This document shows positions 43,469 to 50,412 of a DNA stretch of 64,000 nt, piece after piece. Position numbers and translations under genes: made by a program. Positions within the stretch are counted from its first letter, which is position 1. Each line of letters begins with the position of its first letter. The notes below the pieces were generated by a model. That model was not told the DNA's origin. It was given only the letters and a program-made list of their open reading frames with translations, and searched no databases. This DNA is from an uncultured Actinomycetota bacterium (lineage in GTDB: Bacteria > Actinomycetota > Thermoleophilia > RBG-16-64-13): the NCBI GenBank assembly GCA_963843515.1, contig CAWJKH010000007.1, forward strand, positions 196,017-260,016, in the 5' to 3' direction.

Positions 43469-44476
43469 ATGTCACGCATCGGAGATCTGCTGCACGGTGG
43501 ACATGTCGAACAGAGCGAGATCAGCCGAGTGCGCGATGTCGTCATGTTCGAGCGGCCCGATCTGGGCAAACGTCTGATCCGGTTCGGGGCTCTGCTCATC
43601 CTGGCGGCGGCCATCGCTACCTACGGTCTGATGGGCGACTCAGTGGCCACTGTCATCGGGGCCATGATCGTGGCCCCGCTGATGCTTCCCATCATGGGCC
43701 TGGCGTTCTCCATAAGCATCGCCGACCGGAAGGGCATCATCAGTTCGGTGCTGGTCAGCTTGGGGGGGATAGCGACCGCCATCGCCGTGGGCTACATCCT
43801 CGCTCTCACGGCTCCTTCCTCCTTTGACCCGACCACCAACTCCCAGATCATGGCCCGCACCGCCCCCCGCCTCGTGGACCTGTCCGCCGCACTCGCCACC
43901 GGTCTGGCCGGTGCCTTCGCCATCGGCCGCAAGGACGTCTCCGACACCCTGCCCGGGGTCGCCATCGCCATCTCCCTGGTACCCCCGCTCACGAATGCCG
44001 GTCTTCTGTTCTCTCTCGACCAGCCCGATCTCGCGCTCGGGAGCCTGCTCCTGTTCGTCACCAACTACTTCGCCATCGTCATCACCGGGACCCTGGTCTT
44101 CGGGCTCATGGGATATCCCGGGGCCTCGATGGTGCAGAAATCGCCGCGGGGCCGGCGACTGGCGGTGGCCATCATCGTGGTGATGGTGGTCCTGGTCGCC
44201 GTACCACTGGGCCTCACCAGCCGAGAAGTGGCCCAGAACAACACGGCCGAGAGCCGAGCTGCCGAAGCCACCGAGGCCTGGGTCGCCGGGACGGAATACC
44301 AGTACGTGTCGGCGCAGGTGCGGGAGCAGGTGGTGTACATCGTGGTGACCGGCAAAGGCGTGCTGCCGCCCGAGCAGACCCTGCAGGACGACCTCGCCGG
44401 GCAGCTCTACGGCATGCCGGTGCAGGTGCACGCCATCCCGTCGGACAACTTCGAGTTCCAGACCGCGGCGCAGTAG
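43469..44476 (+). CDS. DUF389-family membrane protein
   Basis: GAMIVAPLMLPIMG and GVAIAISLVPPL repeats typical of DUF389/TIGR00341. GGAGGA SD before ATG 43469. Confidence 0.8.
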   Translation: MSRIGDLLHGGHVEQSEISRVRDVVMFERPDLGKRLIRFGALLILAAAIATYGLMGDSVATVIGAMIVAPLMLPIMGLAFSISIADRKGIISSVLVSLGGIATAIAVGYILALTAPSSFDPTTNSQIMARTAPRLVDLSAALATGLAGAFAIGRKDVSDTLPGVAIAISLVPPLTNAGLLFSLDQPDLALGSLLLFVTNYFAIVITGTLVFGLMGYPGASMVQKSPRGRRLAVAIIVVMVVLVAVPLGLTSREVAQNNTAESRAAEATEAWVAGTEYQYVSAQVREQVVYIVVTGKGVLPPEQTLQDDLAGQLYGMPVQVHAIPSDNFEFQTAAQ

Positions 44477-44884
44477 GGCGCGGCTGCGGTCGGCCGCTCG
44501 AAGTCGGCTACGGGCGAGAGCCGTCCCCGCACCACCCTTCGAGTTGGTGAGCGCAAGAACGTCCACGGCGGCGATCCTCTCGGCCAGTGCGCCGAACGGC
44601 GCGAGGACGGCCAGTACCTTGGCCGTCGCGAAGGGCGACGGCCGCTTCTTCTGTCCGAAGGAAAAGTCCTCGAAGCCCTCGTAGCAGGAACGGGGCGTGA
44701 TTGTGCCGGTGGCCGGGTCCACGTTGTGGGCGATGAGACAGGCCGCCAGTTCGGCGATGGCCTGTACGTCGGCCTCCCGGGCCCCGGGGGAAGTCCAGAG
44801 TTCCGGGTAGCGGCCCACCGCGTCCAGCACTGTGAGCGAGACCGGCTCTTGCGTTCCGAACATTCGTTCGTCTATACTCGACAT
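43640..44884 (-). CDS. doubtful ORF; only the first ~125 codons (about 44510-44884) look protein-like, possibly a gene remnant
   Basis: N-terminal part ...CYEGFEDFSFGQKKRPSPFATAKVLAVL... resembles the C-terminus of a larger protein. The rest is antisense to the DUF389 gene. The annotated ATG and codons 5-10 overlap an SOS box. Confidence 0.25.
   Translation of the reverse strand: MSSIDERMFGTQEPVSLTVLDAVGRYPELWTSPGAREADVQAIAELAACLIAHNVDPATGTITPRSCYEGFEDFSFGQKKRPSPFATAKVLAVLAPFGALAERIAAVDVLALTNSKGGAGTALARSRLRAADRSRALLRRGLELEVVRRDGVHLHRHAVELPGEVVLQGLLGRQHAFAGHHDVHHLLPHLRRHVLVFRPGDPGLGGFGSSALGRVVLGHFSAGEAQWYGDQDHHHHDDGHRQSPAPRRFLHHRGPGISHEPEDQGPGDDDGEVVGDEQEQAPEREIGLVEREQKTGIRERGYQGDGDGDPGQGVGDVLAADGEGTGQTGGECGGQVHEAGGGAGHDLGVGGRVKGGRSRESEDVAHGDGGRYPPQADQHRTDDALPVGDAYGERQAHDGKHQRGHDHGPDDSGH
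44849..44878 (+). promoter_or_regulatory. putative promoter TTGCGT-N18-TATACT for dnaE2, with an SOS box in the spacer
   Basis: Hexamers at 44849-44854 and 44873-44878. Confidence 0.35.
44857..44870. promoter_or_regulatory. LexA (SOS/Cheo-type) box CGAACATTCGTTCG
   Basis: Matches the Gram-positive consensus CGAAC-N4-GTTCG exactly in both half-sites. Confidence 0.7.
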
Positions 44885-44887
44885 CTA

Positions 44888-44901
44888 CGAACATACGTTC
44901 G
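44888..44901. promoter_or_regulatory. LexA (SOS/Cheo-type) box CGAACATACGTTCG
   Basis: Second perfect CGAAC-N4-GTTCG, 31 bp (centre to centre) from the first, upstream of dnaE2. Confidence 0.7.
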
Positions 44902-44989
44902 GAGCAGTGATCTGCCACCGCCCATCGACCGGGCTCATCGGCTATTAGTACTTCTATTGCTTTTTTTTTAAAATGAAACGTTTATTGCC

Positions 44990-47900
44990 ATGAGAGAGAG
45001 CACCCCCAAGCCGCCGAACGGAAGCCGTTTTCCGGTCCAGCGCATTTCGCCCAGCCACGACTACATCCGTCAGCACGGCTCGGGTCCCAAGGATGGCTGG
45101 GCGAAGGGGCCGGGCGATCCCGGCCTCGGCTCGGGGTCTCCTCAGCCCGACGGCGAGTCTCGGCCGCCGGCCTACGGCGACATCCACAAGTTCGGCTACA
45201 CCCGGCCGTTCAAAAAGCATGAGGAAGTTGCAGGCGCCCTGTCCAGCACGGAACCACCGGTCGATCCCTCTCCCCCATTCGTCCACCTGCACGTCCACTC
45301 CAACTTCTCATTCCTGGACGGTGGCAGCCGCATCGAGGAGTTGGTGGCCCGCGCGGCCGAGCTGGGGCAGCCAGCGCTGGCGCTCACCGACCACGACGGC
45401 CTGTACGGCGCCGTCCGCTTCGCCAAAGCCTGCGCCAAGCGGGGTGTCAAGCCGATCTTCGGAGCCGAGGTGCGGGTGGAGTCGCTGCTGACCGGCGGTG
45501 ACCAGCCGGCCGGCGCCTTGCCGCCACAGGGCAACATGCCGGACCCGGCCGGCAAAGACGCCTGCTCCGGCTTGGACACCGCGGCGGCAGTCACAACCGG
45601 CAACGCCGCTGACCCCCACCACCTCGTCCTCCTCGCCGAGACCCGCGAGGGATACGCCAACCTCTGCCGACTCCTCTCCGCCGCCCACCTCGCCGACCCC
45701 GAGCGTGAGCGCCCGCCGCTCGTCACCCTCGATTCGCTCCGCGACCACGCCGCCGGACTCATCTGCCTCACCGGCTGCCGCCACGGCGAGGTGGGCTACC
45801 TGGTCGACGCCGGGCGCACCGCCGACGCCCAGGCCGCCCTCCTGAGCCTTCGCGACATCTTCGGTCCCCATCACCTCTACGTCGAGTTGCAGTACTTCGG
45901 CTACGAGCCCCATCAGGAGGCCCATGCCGGTCAGTACGGCGCCCCGGTCTTCAAGAAAACACCTGATATCGGGAATCGCCTGCGCCACCAGCCCGTCGTG
46001 CCGGCCGCCACCACCGCCCCGACCCCCGCCGCAACTCCCACCCCTATCTTCGACCCACTCACCGACCTCGACCCGCTCTCTATGCATAACCGTTGCAATG
46101 CAACCAACATTGCGCGCAGGCGCCCGCCCCGCCCCGATCTCCCCCAGGGGCATCCCCAGCGTCTCAATCCCGCCGACTACGATGTAGGGTTCCACCGCCA
46201 CGACCGGGCATGGCGGCTGTCCTGCCTCACCTACTGCCTTGGACTCGCCGCCCTCGCCCACGCCTGTGACCTGCCCACCGTTCTCACCACAGACGCCCAC
46301 TACGCTCGGGAAACCGACCGGGCTATCCATCTCATCTGCCGCGCCGCCGGCCACGATAAGCCTCTCTCCGGCTGCCCCGATCCAACCCCCGGCGCCCGCT
46401 GTCTCAAAACTAAGGCCGAACTCGAGGCCTTGGCGGCGCCGCTGCTCGAGTTGATCCGGGATCCCCGTCCATCTTCCGTCTCGACCTCCGCTGCCAGCCT
46501 GCTGCGTTATCATTGCAATGCAACGCATATTGCAATACCGGTGCCGCCCGATCCGCTCACCGCCACGTGGGAGATCGCCCAGCGCTGCAACGTCGACCTG
46601 GAGCTGGGCACTTACCACTTCCCCCAGGTGGACGTGCCTCTCGGCGAGACGGCGTATTCACTGTTGACGAAGCGGTGCTTCCGGGGCATCGCCCGCCGCT
46701 ACAAGCCGGTGCCGCCCCGCGCGGTGGAGCTTCTAGAGAAGGAGCTCCGCATGATCCAGCAGATGGGATTCGCCCATTATTTTTTGGTGGTGCACGACAT
46801 CGTCAGATGGGCGCGCGCGCAAGGCGTCGCGTGTAGCGGGCGGGGCTCGGCTGGGAATTCGATTGTATGTCACGCGCTGGATATCACGGCCAGCGAACCT
46901 ATCCGCCACAACCTGCTGTTCGAGCGGTTCCTCAATCCCAACCGCCGGGAGATGCCCGATATCGACGTGGACTTCTGTTCCTCGCGCCGGGACGAGGTGA
47001 TCGAACACATCTACCAGACTTTCGGAAACGAAAACGTCGCCGTCGTGGCCAACATCAACACCATGAGCCCCCGCTCGGCGGTCCGGATCGTGGCCGAGGC
47101 TCTGGGATACGCCCCCACCGAGATCAACGCCCTCGCCAAGCACGTGCCCCGCCACGGGGACGCGGCGCGCATCAGGGAGTACCTGGCCGGCGCCTGGCCG
47201 GAGCTACGTGACTCTCCACTTCAGGATGAGGATCGATACGGGCGTCTGCTGGACCTGGTCGAGCGCCTCGACTCCTTCCCCATGCACCTGGGCACCCACC
47301 TGGGGGGCTTCGTCATCACCGACCGGCCCATCACCTACTACGCTCCGCTCCAATGGGCCGCCAAAGGGGTGGTGGTCATCCAGTTCAACAAGGACGACGT
47401 CGCCGCCCTGGGCCTGGTCAAGATGGACATCCTCGGCCTCCGCACCCACTCGGCCGTCTCGGAGACCGTCCATATCGTCCGGCAGCGCACCGGGCGCCGC
47501 ATCCGCCCCTACGACCTGCCCCCCGACGACCCCGCCGCCTACGAGATCATCTCGAACGGGGGATCCATCGGGCTGTTCCAGCTCGAGTCGGCCGGCCAGC
47601 GCAACCTCGCCTCCCGCCTGCAGGAGCGGGACTTCGACGACATCATCGCCGCCATCGCCCTCTACCGCCCCGGACCGCTGGAGGCCGAGATGATCGGCCC
47701 CTTCATCGACCGTCGCTGGGGCATCGAGCCGGTCAGTCTCCCCCACCCCGACATGACCGACGCCGTCTCCGACACCTACGGCGTGATCCTCTACCAGGAG
47801 CAGGTGCTCCGCATCGCCCAGTCGGTGGCCGGTTTCGACCTGGCCGACGCCGACTCCCTCCGCCGGGCCATGACCCGCGACCGCAGCCGCGAGGAGATGG

Positions 47901-49480
47901 CTAAGATCGGCGAGATCTTCATCGGCCGCGCGGTGGCTCGGGGCGTGCCGGAGGCGGCCGCCCGCGAGGTCTTCCGCCAGCTGGAGGGCTTCGCCGCCTA
48001 CGGGTTCAACAAGAGTCACTCGGTATGCTTCGCGGTGATCAGCTACGCCACGGCCTGGCTCAAGGCCTACTACCCGGCCGAGTTCCTGTGCTCGGTGCTG
48101 AACAACTACCCGATGGGGTTCTATACCCCGCGGACGGTGCTGAACGACGCGCGGCGGTTCGGGCTGGAGGTGCGGCCGCTGGACATCAACCTGTCGGGGC
48201 GGGGGTTCACCGTTGAGGATGAGGTGCCGCCGGAGGTGTGGGGCGATGGGGGCTACGACCCCTTCGCTCAAGCTTGGACCGCCGAGCACGACTGGGGGCT
48301 GACCGAGGCCGATCTGGCCGAGTTGGCCGCAGAGCAGGATGGGGATCTGGCTTATGCCGAGGCCCTGCAGGCGGCGTTGGAGCAGGATCTGACCGGCGGT
48401 GCTGCCCCGCCGGCAGCCAGCCTAAGCCCCGCCACTCAGACCACCTCGTCGGGGCGCGAAGCGCCCGCCCGCCCCGGCGACCTCCTCCTCCCCCGCGCCC
48501 CGCGCGCCCGTGGAGGCGTGGAACCCGGCGCCTGCCTCGCCCCCAGTACCGGCATCGCCCCTGACGCCGGCCGGGCACTACGCGTCGGCCTCTCCTACCT
48601 CAAGCAGATGGGCGCCCGCTCCCTCGACCGCGTCGAGGAGGAACGCCGCCATGGCCCTTTCACCAGCTTCGAGGACTTCTACCTCCGCACCCGCATCGAC
48701 TATCCCGTGGCCGAGAACCTCATCCGGGTAGGCGCTTTCGACTCCCTCGAGCCCGACCGTACGGAACTGCTCTGGCGCCTGCCCCTCCTGCGCGATCGCC
48801 TGGAAGCCCTGGCCGGCTCCTCCGGACAACGCCGCGGCCAGCTCCGGGCCTTCTTCTCCCCGCCCAGCCGGGCCGGCCTTGAGCGTTCTTGGAGCCTCGA
48901 GGACAAGGTCCGCTCCGAGCTCGAGCTCCTGGGGCTTACCGTGAGCTGCCATCCCCTGAAGCTCTACGAAGAGGAACTCCGCCGGATGGGCGTCCGCATG
49001 AGCTACGAACTCCCCGCCCTGGGAGATGAGGTCCCGGTGACGGTGGCCGGCGTCTACGAGCGCGCCCAGAACCCCTGGATGCGTTCCGGGAAAAGGACGA
49101 TGTTCCTGACCCTGGAAGACGCCTATGGCCTCTTCGAGTGTGTCTGCTTCGAGAAGAGGCTGTCCCGGATCGCCCCGGTGGTCGCGCGGGCGAGCTACTT
49201 CCTGGTGCGGGGGCGGCTGCAGAACAATCACAAGCGGGGGCTGGCGATTGTGGCTGAGGAAGTCGCGGATTTGGAGGAGGTGCTGGCGCGGAGGCGGGCC
49301 CGGCGACCCCGGAACACCGCCACCAAATCCCCTGCTGCCAGCCCGAGCCTGCCGCCAATGCCCGAGCCTGTCGACATGGACGGGCGGCGGGATACTGAGA
49401 CCTACGAAGACGGGACTGCTTCGACCAAGAAACGGGTGCCGGGTGCCGGGACCGGAGCTATTCCCAAGAAGGTGGGGTAG
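44990..49480 (+). CDS. dnaE2: error-prone DNA polymerase III alpha-like (DnaE2-type) with multiple low-complexity insertions
   Basis: PHP motif HLHVHSNFSFLDG, LTDHDGLYG, catalytic PDIDVDF, GLVKMDILGL, FNKSHS and a C-terminal OB region. No tau-binding tail. SOS boxes lie upstream. Start codon is uncertain. Confidence 0.85.
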   Translation: MRESTPKPPNGSRFPVQRISPSHDYIRQHGSGPKDGWAKGPGDPGLGSGSPQPDGESRPPAYGDIHKFGYTRPFKKHEEVAGALSSTEPPVDPSPPFVHLHVHSNFSFLDGGSRIEELVARAAELGQPALALTDHDGLYGAVRFAKACAKRGVKPIFGAEVRVESLLTGGDQPAGALPPQGNMPDPAGKDACSGLDTAAAVTTGNAADPHHLVLLAETREGYANLCRLLSAAHLADPERERPPLVTLDSLRDHAAGLICLTGCRHGEVGYLVDAGRTADAQAALLSLRDIFGPHHLYVELQYFGYEPHQEAHAGQYGAPVFKKTPDIGNRLRHQPVVPAATTAPTPAATPTPIFDPLTDLDPLSMHNRCNATNIARRRPPRPDLPQGHPQRLNPADYDVGFHRHDRAWRLSCLTYCLGLAALAHACDLPTVLTTDAHYARETDRAIHLICRAAGHDKPLSGCPDPTPGARCLKTKAELEALAAPLLELIRDPRPSSVSTSAASLLRYHCNATHIAIPVPPDPLTATWEIAQRCNVDLELGTYHFPQVDVPLGETAYSLLTKRCFRGIARRYKPVPPRAVELLEKELRMIQQMGFAHYFLVVHDIVRWARAQGVACSGRGSAGNSIVCHALDITASEPIRHNLLFERFLNPNRREMPDIDVDFCSSRRDEVIEHIYQTFGNENVAVVANINTMSPRSAVRIVAEALGYAPTEINALAKHVPRHGDAARIREYLAGAWPELRDSPLQDEDRYGRLLDLVERLDSFPMHLGTHLGGFVITDRPITYYAPLQWAAKGVVVIQFNKDDVAALGLVKMDILGLRTHSAVSETVHIVRQRTGRRIRPYDLPPDDPAAYEIISNGGSIGLFQLESAGQRNLASRLQERDFDDIIAAIALYRPGPLEAEMIGPFIDRRWGIEPVSLPHPDMTDAVSDTYGVILYQEQVLRIAQSVAGFDLADADSLRRAMTRDRSREEMAKIGEIFIGRAVARGVPEAAAREVFRQLEGFAAYGFNKSHSVCFAVISYATAWLKAYYPAEFLCSVLNNYPMGFYTPRTVLNDARRFGLEVRPLDINLSGRGFTVEDEVPPEVWGDGGYDPFAQAWTAEHDWGLTEADLAELAAEQDGDLAYAEALQAALEQDLTGGAAPPAASLSPATQTTSSGREAPARPGDLLLPRAPRARGGVEPGACLAPSTGIAPDAGRALRVGLSYLKQMGARSLDRVEEERRHGPFTSFEDFYLRTRIDYPVAENLIRVGAFDSLEPDRTELLWRLPLLRDRLEALAGSSGQRRGQLRAFFSPPSRAGLERSWSLEDKVRSELELLGLTVSCHPLKLYEEELRRMGVRMSYELPALGDEVPVTVAGVYERAQNPWMRSGKRTMFLTLEDAYGLFECVCFEKRLSRIAPVVARASYFLVRGRLQNNHKRGLAIVAEEVADLEEVLARRRARRPRNTATKSPAASPSLPPMPEPVDMDGRRDTETYEDGTASTKKRVPGAGTGAIPKKVG
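46081..46114 (+). repeat. 34-bp TTGCARTGCAAC hairpin repeat, copy 1 (inside dnaE2, in frame)
   Basis: TATGCATAACCGTTGCAATGCAACCAACATTGCG, translated as ...MHNRCNATNIA... Confidence 0.7.
46501..46534 (+). repeat. 34-bp TTGCARTGCAAC hairpin repeat, copy 2 (inside dnaE2, same frame)
   Basis: GCTGCGTTATCATTGCAATGCAACGCATATTGCA, translated as ...LRYHCNATHIA... Confidence 0.7.
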
Positions 49481-49831
49481 ATGTCGGAACCCTTATTCCA
49501 ATTCGCCCGAAGAAGGCTCCGAGCCCTGCTCGGTCGGCACGAGTACCGAACGCACAAGAAGGGCGCCGACCGCGGCATCGACGGACGCCTCTACTTCCAT
49601 GATGAGGCCAAGGGCAAGACCAAGCAGGTGATCATCTCGGTCAAGGCTGGAGAGACCTGCAACGTGGCCCACGTGCGCGACCTCGAGGGCGTGCTCACCC
49701 GCGAGCAGGCCGAGACTGGCGTGCTCATCTCCATGAAAGAGCCCACCCAGCCCATGCGCACGGAGGCCGCCTCCGCCGGCTTTTACACCTCACCCGGCTG
49801 GCACACCAAGCATCCGCGCGTGCAGATTCTC
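49481..49831 (+). pseudogene. fragment: C-terminal restriction-endonuclease-like domain of a DNA methyltransferase/restriction protein
   Basis: KKGADRGIDGRLYFHDE..GKTKQVIISVKAG..VAHVRDLEGVL.REQAETGVLISM.EPT.PMR.EAASAGFY is the tail of much longer enzymes. There is no N-terminal domain. The rest of ORF 49481-50440 is antisense to the next fragment. Confidence 0.55.
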
Positions 49832-50164
49832 TGTAGCGATGGAGATGACGGCATCGAGGTTGAAGTACTCGAGCCGCCGCTCCACCTGCCGGCCGCCTTC
49901 GTTCTGAACTGCTGCAAAAAACGCAACGGTTGCCCCGCGTTGCAGCTCCTCCGTCGCAAACACGTTCCGCAGGTGCCGGGAGATGACGGACTTGTCCCGC
50001 TCGAACAGCCCCGCCATCTGGTTGAGACTCAGCCAGATGGTCTCCTGCTCAAGACGCACGTCAAGAGTGACCGTGCCGTCTGGAGCACTGTAGAGCACCA
50101 CTTCGCCGGCGGAGCCGCCGGACGCGGGTACCACTCTGGTTGTGCTCTTGCCGGAATCTCCCAT
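49790..50164 (-). pseudogene. fragment: N-terminal ~109 codons of a RhuM-family protein
   Basis: VVLYSAPDGTVTLDVRLEQETIWLSLNQMAGLFERDKSVISRHLRNVF...EGGRQVERRLEYFNLDAVISI matches RhuM N-termini (full length ~330 aa). Similarity stops near 49838. Confidence 0.6.
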
Positions 50165-50412
50165 GTCTGTTCAGTCATTCTCCTCGCGCTTGCCGCCTTC
50201 CTCCTCTACCGAGGGCGGAGTGCGACTGGAGAGTCCTTGTACGGTTCCAGCCGAAGACGTGCCTGGACCAGAGGCTGGAGTCTGGCGGCAAGCGCGAGAG
50301 TCGGTGTCAATCGCGCCCATCCAGGGCGTGGCCTTCGCATTTCGCGGACCTCTCAAACCTGTTCCTGTTACCCTGGGTTCCGTCGACCACCCCATCTCAA
50401 CAAGGATGAGCC

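Noticed and set aside
43640-44884. ImuA/ImuB-type partner gene upstream of dnaE2.
   Set aside because: The only upstream ORF is divergent and lacks RecA-like (ImuA) or Y-family polymerase-like (ImuB) motifs.
45900-46560. Intein in DnaE2 (an 'HN..C' string near 46090 and large insertions in the PHP domain).
   Set aside because: The insertions are too short and low-complexity. There are no intein blocks A/B/F/G, and HN is not directly followed by the nucleophile. In-frame repeat elements explain them better.
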